Shown: positions 21,722-29,502 of the stretch, piece after piece
Numbering within the stretch: position 1 is the first letter of the stretch
Layout: the number at the start of each line of letters is the position of its first letter
DNA from: Candidatus Methanoperedens sp.
GTDB lineage: Archaea; Halobacteriota; Methanosarcinia; Methanosarcinales; Methanoperedenaceae
DNA: 32,000 nt
Direction of reading: 5' to 3'
Assembly: GCA_041494705.1 (NCBI GenBank)
Contig: JBGQBI010000001.1
Location: 30,001 to 62,000, forward strand
Made by a program: the position numbers and the translations under genes
Notes under the pieces: model-generated
The model's database searches: none
Seen by the model: only the letters and a program-made list of their open reading frames with translations
What the model was told of the DNA's origin: nothing

Positions 21722-22061
21722 AGGCGAAAGTGATTTTATTGCAGCAAAAACACTTGCTCGGCAAAAAGGACTTGAGGACCAGACAGGATTCCACTGCCAG
21801 CAGGCTATTGAGAAGTGGCTGAAAGCATATCTTATCAAGCAGGGCGAGGAATTGCGAAAAATCCACGACCTGACCGCTCTTGTCATTGACTGTGAAAAAT
21901 ACAACCCTGCTTTTGAAGAGCTTGAACCTCTTGTGGAAGGGCTCACCGACTTTGCAGTTGAGTTCCGTTATCCAGGCGAAAGTGCGACTCCTGAAGAAGT
22001 ACAGGATGCCCTCGATAAAACTGTCAAAATCAGGAAATTCCTGACGTCAAAAATTGAATAG
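21690..22061 (+). CDS. HEPN domain protein, second copy
   Basis: 123 aa. VREWVNKGESDFIAAKTL, CQQAIEKWLKAYL, KIHDL and EFRYPGE are HEPN (PF05168-like) features. Confidence 0.8.
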   Translation: MREIVREWVNKGESDFIAAKTLARQKGLEDQTGFHCQQAIEKWLKAYLIKQGEELRKIHDLTALVIDCEKYNPAFEELEPLVEGLTDFAVEFRYPGESATPEEVQDALDKTVKIRKFLTSKIE

Positions 22062-22119
22062 GCAGAGGTTACTTACAAACCAACTGCCATCAGTCCTCAT
22101 TCAGGCGTGCCCTCCTCGG

Positions 22120-22731
22120 TTATTCCGCTTCTTTTTGACCGAAGAAACCGCTGTAAACACGATATACTTTCATATACATGTCACCTGCTTTCGGGTTTTG
22201 CCAGTTATTCATCCATTCGGAAACGGTTTGCATCCATGTGCAAGGTACCACGCCAGCCTGTATCATACGTTCTACGGCCATATTGTGGGCATACAACGTT
22301 TCTGAACCAGCGGCATCCATCACGCCAAACACATCAAATCCTGCACGCAAGCCATGGAGTGAGGTCAAAGACATACACATGCTCGTCCACAAACCTGATA
22401 AGACCAATTGTTTTCGTCCGGTTTTCTTAACCGCGTCAAGTAATTCCTTGTCATCAAACGCATCAAAACCCGGCATTTTGCGGTCAATTACCGGAGCATC
22501 AGGGAACATCTCCACAATTTCAGGTAAAAACACCCCGTTGTTTTTTGCGTTGATGGTTGTCAGAATGGCAGGAATACCAAGTACTTCAGCACCTTTTGCC
22601 AGGGCCATCACATTGTTTTTAAGACTTGTGCGGTCATGCGACTCAATGCCATAAACCATTCTTGCCTGATAATCTACCAACAGCAATACGCTGTTGTTAG
22701 CTTCTAACAATTTACAGAATTTGTTCTCCAT
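22120..22731 (-). CDS. isochorismatase-family cysteine hydrolase
   Basis: LLVDYQ N-terminal motif, and LVLSGLWTSMCMSLT containing the family's catalytic Cys context. SD AGGAGGT upstream. Confidence 0.8.
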   Translation of the reverse strand: MENKFCKLLEANNSVLLLVDYQARMVYGIESHDRTSLKNNVMALAKGAEVLGIPAILTTINAKNNGVFLPEIVEMFPDAPVIDRKMPGFDAFDDKELLDAVKKTGRKQLVLSGLWTSMCMSLTSLHGLRAGFDVFGVMDAAGSETLYAHNMAVERMIQAGVVPCTWMQTVSEWMNNWQNPKAGDMYMKVYRVYSGFFGQKEAE

Positions 22732-22827
22732 TTTCTAACCTCCTATTTATGATGATATTTTATCCCTGATAAGTTTTTCTACCTTTCCGCTGATTAAAAA
22801 ACCGAAGATAAATGCAGAAGGATTCCA

Positions 22828-24513
22828 TTACCATCTGCCTGAGCGAATAATCGAAACAAGCAGCCCAAGCCCTAGAAAACCTGCAAGAAGAAACCCGAAA
22901 ATCCCCAGAAACGGCACACCAAAAAGGCTGGGCTGCATTCTGGTCTGGATAACGAGAGAAGAACCCACAATAAGCGCAGCAATTATCATACTAAAAGACA
23001 GCCTGTTGCTCAGTATATCCATTCCCTCAACAAGGGTTTCAAGCTCCAGGTGTTCCAGTTCAAGCTTAAGCGTTCCTTTTTCTGCCTTCGCAAGGATATG
23101 ATTGACCCTTCTCGGGAAAGTCTTGACAAGGCGAATATAATCCAATACCGTTTTTTCAGCCTCTTTTATTAGATGAGAAGCTTTAGCACGTTCTTTGAGC
23201 ATCTCATCAACATACGGTTTAGTCAATTCCCCAAAATTATGCTCAGGATCGAGTTTGCGGCTAATTTCATCCCGTATAACAAGAGTTTTTGACAGGAGCA
23301 TTATATTCGAAGGGATTTTTCCCTTGCTTTTGGCAAAAATATAGATAATATCACGCAAAAACGCTGTGGGGTCTATGAATTTACTGGATAAGTCGTAATA
23401 TTTGTTCAAGAATTCTTCAAGTTTTATCCGAAGTTGCGGACTCTCACCTCCGGCGTCGCTAATCAGCCCTATCTCTGCGAGAGCTTCTATAAGAACATCT
23501 ATATCATTCAATTGTATCGCTATTATGAGATTCGCGAGATTTTCGTGAAGTATGGGGTCTATGTGCCCCGCCATTCCAAAATCAAGAAAAATAACAATCC
23601 CGTCACGGGAAACAAGGATATTCCCGGGATGCGGGTCGGCATGATAAAACATGTCCTCAAAAATCATTTTCAGATACGCATTTGCAATATCGATTGAAAT
23701 TTTTTTCTTGTCAAGGCCAATAGATTCAATCTGTTTGATTTCCGTTATTTTGATGCCATCTGAAAATTCCTGGGTCAACACATGTTTTGTAGTGCATTCC
23801 CAGTACATTTTCGGGATTCTGACTGTTGCGCTCCCCTTGAAATTTGAGTAAAACCTGTCAGCATTCTGGGCTTCATGGGCATAATCAATTTCTTGTTTCA
23901 TGACCCTGGAAAATTCATCAACGAAACCCACCGGATTAAAAAATTTGCTTTCTTTTATATGCTTTTCAGCAAATATTGCAAGGCTCATCAATATCGCAAG
24001 GTCTGTTTCAATGATGTCCTCAACGCCCGGCCGCATCACTTTGACCGCTACCTCTTCGCCTCCCGACAACGTTGCGCGATAGACCTGCCCTATCGAAGCA
24101 GATGCAATTTGTTCAGGATTGAAGGATTGGAATATTTCTTCAAGTTTCTTTCCGAGTTCCTTTTCGATTACTTTTTTTGCCTCCGAAAATTCAAAAGCCG
24201 GGGCACTGTCCTGAAGTCTGGAAAGTTCCCGTATATACTCTTCAGGGATGAGGTCATACCTTGTGCTTAATATCTGCCCGAATTTAATAAAGGTGGGCCC
24301 GAGTTCTTCTAAAGCAAGGCGCAGTCTTTGCGCTTCCGACAGTAGAAGCATTTGTTCCCTGAGAGGTCTGGGCCCGAACAATTTCTCGCGAAAAGACCGA
24401 AAAGGGCGCAGCCCAAACCTGTCAACAAGGTAACCGAATCCGTGCTTTATCATCACGTCAACGATTTGCCGGTATCGTTTGACGTAAGCAACTTGTTTAT
24501 CAAACAGACGCAC
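22828..24513 (-). CDS. ABC1/UbiB-family atypical protein kinase with C-terminal TM helices
   Basis: LGPTFIKFGQILSTRYDLIPEEY, ASASIGQVYRA...VAVKV, HADPHPGNILV and DFGM motifs. Two hydrophobic helices at the C-terminus. Confidence 0.85.
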   Translation of the reverse strand: MRLFDKQVAYVKRYRQIVDVMIKHGFGYLVDRFGLRPFRSFREKLFGPRPLREQMLLLSEAQRLRLALEELGPTFIKFGQILSTRYDLIPEEYIRELSRLQDSAPAFEFSEAKKVIEKELGKKLEEIFQSFNPEQIASASIGQVYRATLSGGEEVAVKVMRPGVEDIIETDLAILMSLAIFAEKHIKESKFFNPVGFVDEFSRVMKQEIDYAHEAQNADRFYSNFKGSATVRIPKMYWECTTKHVLTQEFSDGIKITEIKQIESIGLDKKKISIDIANAYLKMIFEDMFYHADPHPGNILVSRDGIVIFLDFGMAGHIDPILHENLANLIIAIQLNDIDVLIEALAEIGLISDAGGESPQLRIKLEEFLNKYYDLSSKFIDPTAFLRDIIYIFAKSKGKIPSNIMLLSKTLVIRDEISRKLDPEHNFGELTKPYVDEMLKERAKASHLIKEAEKTVLDYIRLVKTFPRRVNHILAKAEKGTLKLELEHLELETLVEGMDILSNRLSFSMIIAALIVGSSLVIQTRMQPSLFGVPFLGIFGFLLAGFLGLGLLVSIIRSGRW

Positions 24514-24533
24514 GTTCTACTTCCAAAAATTTT

Positions 24534-24851
24534 CTATTTTTTCGCCATGGAGTGGACTGTTTTTTCAAGTTTCTCAATTTTCCGCTCAAGAGCCGCAAAA
24601 TCGCTTTTCATCACAACGCCGCTCTTTCCCAGCGTCTCTTTCACTCTTTTATTTATTTTATTTTCAATGTCCTTCATCTGCTTTTCTTTCTCTGAGAGGA
24701 CATCCTTTACGAATTTCTTCCCTTCTTCTTTGCTCATTTCTCCCTTTTTTATCATTTCCTGGGAAAATTCCTCAATCTTTTCCTGAGTCAGGGAAATTAC
24801 CCCGATACCGAATAGTCCCATTTTCCTAACCATATCTGACATTTCTGACAT
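24534..24851 (-). CDS. phasin-like coiled-coil protein (COG3937-like), partner of the ABC1 kinase
   Basis: 105 aa, charged and helical (GLFGIGVISLTQEKIEEFSQEMIKKGEMSKEEGKKFV). Strong SD AAGGAGGA. Lies 20 nt upstream of the ABC1 kinase on the same strand. Confidence 0.55.
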   Translation of the reverse strand: MSEMSDMVRKMGLFGIGVISLTQEKIEEFSQEMIKKGEMSKEEGKKFVKDVLSEKEKQMKDIENKINKRVKETLGKSGVVMKSDFAALERKIEKLEKTVHSMAKK

Positions 24852-24969
24852 ACTTTTCCTCCTTAATTAAACCGTAAAGCAACTGACTTTTTTCAGGCGC
24901 AAGATTTAATATAACGCCCCAATATGGAATTGGTTTATTAATTGATAATCTTTTTGATAAAGGAGAATA

Positions 24970-25716
24970 ATGAAACTGGTTTTTAGCGGAATAATGATTC
25001 CCGTATCGACAATAGACTGGTACGGCAGGTCTGCGTCTGTTGTTTTCTTCAATGGCTGCAATTTTAAATGCATTTATTGCTCCAACAACAGGTTTATCGA
25101 GGTATCAAATCGCCTGGAGCCGCTCTTTAAAGGTGGGGTCGTGGTTGATATCGAAGAAATCGAAAAACATATCCTTCACGCAAAAAGTTTCATCAGCGCC
25201 GTGGTTTTTTCCGGCGGCGAGCCGACTACACAATATGATGCGCTGGAACACCTTTCAAAATTCGCAAAAAAGCAAGGTTTGCTTGTGGGAATAGAGACAA
25301 ATGGGTATTACCCCGAGCGCCTTTCAAGATTAATCCAGCAAAAACTCCTTGATAAAATTTTCCTTGATATCAAAGCCCCGCTTGACGATTCGCACAAATA
25401 TAGCCTGATAACAGGCGGTAAAGGGGATGCAGCAGAGCGCGTTTTGCAATCCTTGAATCTCAGGGGAGTTCCTATTGAGGTCAGGACGACTGTTTTCCGA
25501 TCGCTTGACAGGGTTTTGGAAATTGCAAAGTTTCTTGTGAACAAAGATTGCACTTATGTGCTTCAGCAGGGTATTCCTGAAAATGCTCCCGATGAAAGAA
25601 TCCAAAAAGAAAAACCTCTTTCCAGGGAAGAATTAATCGACCTGGCCCGTAGTATTTCTTTTTTAAAAGATGTAAGGATAAGGACAAAGGAAAAAGGGGA
25701 GGAAAAAATTATTTGA
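24970..25716 (+). CDS. radical SAM activating enzyme (anaerobic RNR / PFL activase-like)
   Basis: STIDWYGRSASVVFFNGCNFKCIYCSN, i.e. the CX3CX2C motif in an NrdG/PflA-like context, and GGEPT. Confidence 0.8.
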   Translation: MKLVFSGIMIPVSTIDWYGRSASVVFFNGCNFKCIYCSNNRFIEVSNRLEPLFKGGVVVDIEEIEKHILHAKSFISAVVFSGGEPTTQYDALEHLSKFAKKQGLLVGIETNGYYPERLSRLIQQKLLDKIFLDIKAPLDDSHKYSLITGGKGDAAERVLQSLNLRGVPIEVRTTVFRSLDRVLEIAKFLVNKDCTYVLQQGIPENAPDERIQKEKPLSREELIDLARSISFLKDVRIRTKEKGEEKII

Positions 25717-25721
25717 AATAC

Positions 25722-25880
25722 CTAAAAAATCTCACCCGTGGTATTCCTGACCACTCCCCCGATTTGCAGTTTATTTTTGCCGATAATTTTTGTGGTCATG
25801 CCTTCGATGATGCCGTCTGTTTCAATAAAATCCCCATCATTTAATTTCTTAACTAATACAGTATATTGTGTTTTTAACAT
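25722..25880 (-). CDS. hypothetical small protein (52 aa)
   Basis: Own translation of the reverse strand: MLKTQYTVLVKKLNDGDFIETDGIIEGMTTKIIGKNKLQIGGVVRNTTGEIF. Only a weak AGGA upstream. The + ORF 25738-25935 is the alternative and looks non-protein-like. Confidence 0.3.
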   Translation of the reverse strand: MLKTQYTVLVKKLNDGDFIETDGIIEGMTTKIIGKNKLQIGGVVRNTTGEIF

Positions 25881-25992
25881 TTTTCTGTCCTATCGCATCT
25901 GTTTCTTATTCGTTAGTATATATACGAATGAGTGACTTATATATTTTATGCATCACATAAGTTATTTTGCATCGTAAACTATCTAATGCCCG

Positions 25993-26853
25993 ATGAATCT
26001 CGCTCTGAATAAGTTTGAAGGATACGGCGAAATAATTGCCGCTTCAATCCTCTGGAGTCTTGCAGGAATACTTGGGAAAATGATATTCGGCATGTCAGCC
26101 CAGAGCATTATTTTCTACAGACTCGCGTTTGCATGGTTTTTCTTTTTTATTGTCCTTTTGATTTCAGGCAACCTGGATAAAATCAGGTTAAAGGATAAAA
26201 AAATCTACCTTTTGTTATTCAGTATTATGCAGGCAATGACAATGCTAACGTATTTCATAGCTATTCTAAAAGGCTCGGTCTCAGTTGCCGTGTTATTGCT
26301 CTATACAGCGCCTGTGTACGTGACGCTGTTCTCTCCCTGGTTATTGAAAGAACGCTCCACAAAGAAGGGAATAATCGCACTTGTTTTGTCAATCGCGGGT
26401 ATCCTTCTCATAATTGACCCGGGAAAACTTGAATTCCAGGGATATTATATCGGAATAATGGCCGGGATTGTGTCCGGCATAACCTACGCTTTCCAGATAA
26501 TAACATCAAAATATATCAGCCAGACATACCGCGGATACACCCAGGCATTCTGGAGTTTCATAATCGCAGTCCTGATTCTCCTCCCGGTAGGGCTTGCGCC
26601 GGTAAATATAGTTTCAGACAATATGATTAATCTTATCCTGCTTGCGATATTTCCGACAATACTTGCAGTATCTCTTTATTTTAACGGCTTGAAAAAAGTC
26701 CGGGCACAAAGCGCCAGCATCCTCGGATTAATTGAACCCGTGAGCGCTGTTATTTTAGCAGTTATCATCCTCAAAGAAGACATTTCAACCCTGGAATTAA
26801 TCGGCGGCGCGCTTATATTGATAGGAGCAGCATTAGTTACAAGGGAAAAATGA
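25993..26853 (+). CDS. EamA/DMT-family transporter
   Basis: 286 aa with about 10 hydrophobic helices and a duplicated EamA-like architecture. Confidence 0.85.
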   Translation: MNLALNKFEGYGEIIAASILWSLAGILGKMIFGMSAQSIIFYRLAFAWFFFFIVLLISGNLDKIRLKDKKIYLLLFSIMQAMTMLTYFIAILKGSVSVAVLLLYTAPVYVTLFSPWLLKERSTKKGIIALVLSIAGILLIIDPGKLEFQGYYIGIMAGIVSGITYAFQIITSKYISQTYRGYTQAFWSFIIAVLILLPVGLAPVNIVSDNMINLILLAIFPTILAVSLYFNGLKKVRAQSASILGLIEPVSAVILAVIILKEDISTLELIGGALILIGAALVTREK

Positions 26854-27203
26854 AAAACTTTAAGAAAGTTTTATCAAAAACCGTCGCGCCGCTTTACTTC
26901 GCAGACACGTATGGCTTTGCCATACGTAAACCTTTAAGAAAGGTTTATCAAAAACTTTTAGAAAAGTTTATTAAATTCAACACGTATGGCTTTGCCATAC
27001 GTGGACACTGCGTAAACCGAAGTTTCGGTTTTCAAACGACAGGTATGCAACGCATACCTGAACACCACGTAAACCGGGGTATCGGTTTACGTGGACACCA
27101 CATAAAGCGAGGTGTCGCTAAACTTTTAGAAAAGTTTATTAAAGACAACACGTATGGCTTTGCCATACGTGGACACCGCATAAAGCGAGGTGTCGCTTTA
27201 TGA
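26850..27203 (+). CDS. hypothetical basic repeat protein encoded through the hairpin array (coding status uncertain)
   Basis: 117-codon open frame whose ATG overlaps the EamA stop (ATGA, 26850-26853) and whose TGA overlaps the map ATG (ATGA, 27200-27203). Repeats read as NTYGFAIRGH and LLEKFIK. There are no family motifs, and the sequence is dominated by palindromes. Confidence 0.25.
   Translation: MKNFKKVLSKTVAPLYFADTYGFAIRKPLRKVYQKLLEKFIKFNTYGFAIRGHCVNRSFGFQTTGMQRIPEHHVNRGIGLRGHHIKRGVAKLLEKFIKDNTYGFAIRGHRIKRGVAL
26854..27202. repeat. dense array of 12 short hairpin/palindrome units (three related families) plus an approximately 79-nt direct repeat
   Basis: Hairpins at 26854-72, 26907-27, 26928-46, 26952-69, 26982-27002, 27014-31, 27040-60, 27067-92, 27106-19, 27120-37, 27150-70 and 27179-202. 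Stems are 5-10 bp and loops 2-6 nt. ACGTATGGCtttGCCATACGT occurs 3 times identically. 26953-27008 repeats at 27121-27176 (54/56 identical). Confidence 0.9.
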
Positions 27204-28039
27204 ACGATACTATTCATGAATATTATCTGGAAGCAGGGAAAATCGCAGCAGAAGTCAGGAAAGAATCCCTTGGCAAAATAAAAGAAGGCATTCCGCTGCT
27301 TGATATCGCCCAATACGTTGAAAACAAAATAAAAGACCTCGGGGGAGTGCCGGCATTCCCCTGCAATATTTCAAGAAATGAGGTTGCGTCCCATTATACC
27401 CCACAGGACAATGTGCCGTGTTTTAAAACAGGTGACGTTGTCAAGCTGGATATCGGGGTGCATATAGAAGGATATATTGCAGATACTGCGACCACGGTGG
27501 AGGTGGGGACAAATAATCACCAAAAATTGATAAAGACCTGCGAAGAAGCACTTGAAAAAGCTATTGCATCGGTCAAAGACGGCGTCCAGACCAACACCAT
27601 TGGCAGGATAATCGAGGAAACCATTAAAAAAAATGGTTTCCATCCAATCAAGGATTTAACAGGGCACAGCCTTGAGAGATACAGACTGCATGCGGGCGCT
27701 ACCATTCCAAATTATAAGAGTTTTTTTGGCAATAAGATAAAAAAAGATATGGTTTTTGCTATTGAACCTTTTGCAACTTATGGTGAGGGTAGAATAAAAT
27801 ACGGGAAACCTTATATTTTTGCAATAAACGACGGGTGCAAAGGAGAAATTGCGCAGGAAATCAGGGAGAGGTTCGGTCCGCTGCCTTTCACTCCCAGATG
27901 GATTCCCGGAATAACGGGCAAAGAACTGAAGGGAGCAAGGGAATATTTTGAACTGATTGAAGAAAGCGGTAATATTGTTGCCCAGTCAGAGCATACGGTG
28001 ATTGTCAAAGAAGATGGGTGTGAAGTAATAACAAAATAA
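27200..28039 (+). CDS. map: type II methionine aminopeptidase
   Basis: Metal-ligand contexts VKLDIGVHIEGYIADTA, LTGHSL, FAIEPF and SEHTVIV. Archaeal length (279 aa). Confidence 0.9.
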   Translation: MNDTIHEYYLEAGKIAAEVRKESLGKIKEGIPLLDIAQYVENKIKDLGGVPAFPCNISRNEVASHYTPQDNVPCFKTGDVVKLDIGVHIEGYIADTATTVEVGTNNHQKLIKTCEEALEKAIASVKDGVQTNTIGRIIEETIKKNGFHPIKDLTGHSLERYRLHAGATIPNYKSFFGNKIKKDMVFAIEPFATYGEGRIKYGKPYIFAINDGCKGEIAQEIRERFGPLPFTPRWIPGITGKELKGAREYFELIEESGNIVAQSEHTVIVKEDGCEVITK

Positions 28040-28085
28040 GGAAAAGTAATAAGAGCTACCAGACACAATTAACTAATGTGGGAAA

Positions 28086-28697
28086 ATGACAACCAAAGAT
28101 ACCATATTGTATGAAGCGCACGGTAACCTGTATCTCAACATTACGAACAGGTGCACTGCCGAATGTGTTTTTTGCATTAAAAGGTATTCTGACGGCGTTT
28201 ATGGTTATAATCTCCGGCTTTCAAAGGAACCCTCATTGCCAGAAATCATTAAACAACTTTCAGGGCTTGAACTTTCAAAATACAAAGAAGTTGTTTTTAC
28301 AGGTTTTGGGGAACCACTTGTGCGTCTTGATGATGTCCTTGAAATCACAAAATGGCTAACAACCCGGGGCATCCGCGTACGGCTTGATACAATCGGTCAT
28401 GCCAAACTCCTGTATGCTGACAGGGATGTAGCCTCGGAACTTGCCGATTCCGGTATGAAAGTTGTCTCAATAAGCCTTAACGCGCAGGATGCGAACACAT
28501 ATAACCAGTTGTGCGACCCAAAATACATTAAGGCATACGATAAAATGCTTGAGTTTGCCAGGGATGTTTCAAAAGTCGGCCTTGACCTTCGGTTCACGGT
28601 GGTTAATCTGCCGGTCGTGGATATTGAAAAATGCAAGAAAATAGCAAAAGAATACTGCGCCGACTTTAAAGTCCGGGGATATAGTAATACAGAGTAA
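28086..28697 (+). CDS. small radical SAM protein (TatD-associated rSAM-like)
   Basis: LYLNITNRCTAECVFC (CX3CX2C) plus FTGFGEPL. About 200 aa. The family assignment is from memory of TIGR04038-like proteins. Confidence 0.7.
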   Translation: MTTKDTILYEAHGNLYLNITNRCTAECVFCIKRYSDGVYGYNLRLSKEPSLPEIIKQLSGLELSKYKEVVFTGFGEPLVRLDDVLEITKWLTTRGIRVRLDTIGHAKLLYADRDVASELADSGMKVVSISLNAQDANTYNQLCDPKYIKAYDKMLEFARDVSKVGLDLRFTVVNLPVVDIEKCKKIAKEYCADFKVRGYSNTE

Positions 28698-28767
28698 ACT
28701 TTTTTACCATAAGCTATAATTATTAGGATATTCATGTATCCACTGTGACCGGATAGGAGCAGAATTT

Positions 28768-29055
28768 TTGAAAAAGCTACTATGGTATCTGATTGCAGGA
28801 ACACGCGGGGGGCATACCCGTGCATTAATCCTGAAACTGCTTATTGACAGGCCTTATAATGCAAACCAATTAACTGAGGCTATGGATATGGATTATAAAA
28901 CCATCCGGCATCACCTCGATGTTCTCACCAAAAACGGTGTAATCACAATGGAAGGCGACAAATACGGCGCTATGTATTTCCTTTCCAAGGCTATGGAGGC
29001 AAATATAAATGAATTTAATCAAATTTGGGAAAAAATTGATAAGCAAAGTAAATGA
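28768..29055 (+). CDS. ArsR-like winged-helix transcriptional regulator
   Basis: TTG start with AGGAG 8 nt upstream. RALILKLLIDRPYNANQLTEAMDMDYKTIRHHLDVLTKNGVI is a classic ArsR HTH. Confidence 0.7.
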   Translation: MKKLLWYLIAGTRGGHTRALILKLLIDRPYNANQLTEAMDMDYKTIRHHLDVLTKNGVITMEGDKYGAMYFLSKAMEANINEFNQIWEKIDKQSK

Positions 29056-29121
29056 ACATACACAGGAGGAAATTTTATTCAGATAACTGATATCGCGTAT
29101 TATATCACCGCAGGTAACATC

Positions 29122-29394
29122 GTGTTACTGCTTGTACTTCTTGTTTCATACATTCAGATATACAGTAAGATAAAGTCCAACTTTACACTCGGACTTATTA
29201 TATTCACTGTTGCGCTGCTGCTTCAGAGTTTTTCACGCGCTATCCTGTTATTACTTATCATAGCATCTCCTCCTCCACAGCAGGTATATCCTATAATAAT
29301 TAATTTATTGGGGTATAATCCGATATACGTGGTAATACCGGATGCGCTTGAATTTATAGCTTTGAGTATCCTGCTGTATTTTACCAGGGAATGA
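29122..29394 (+). CDS. small membrane protein (2-3 TM helices)
   Basis: Hydrophobic segments LLLVLLVSYIQI, LGLIIFTVALLLQSF and IALSILLYF. The frame is open upstream to 29056, with GGAGGA at 29065-29070, so the true start may be a non-canonical codon near 29077. Confidence 0.5.
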   Translation: MLLLVLLVSYIQIYSKIKSNFTLGLIIFTVALLLQSFSRAILLLLIIASPPPQQVYPIIINLLGYNPIYVVIPDALEFIALSILLYFTRE

Positions 29395-29502
29395 AATCAG
29401 ACCTGTTCTTTCCATTTTTCCCTCTTTTTTCCCCCTCATACTTTTCGGAATTCTACAATTTGTTCTGATGAAAATATATTAAGCACTAATCCCAATATTA
29501 TA

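Noticed and set aside
22178-22654. 158-aa + strand ORF
   Set aside because: It is antisense to the isochorismatase-family gene, which has the catalytic Cys context and a strong SD.
26850-27203. Possible CRISPR array, given many short palindromic repeats in an intergenic position
   Set aside because: There is no constant repeat alternating with unique spacers of regular length. The units are different hairpins packed back to back, and no cas genes are in the window.
27032-27313. 93-aa minus-strand ORF across the hairpin array and the map start
   Set aside because: It overlaps the well-supported map N-terminus in antisense. Its openness follows from the palindromic nature of the array.
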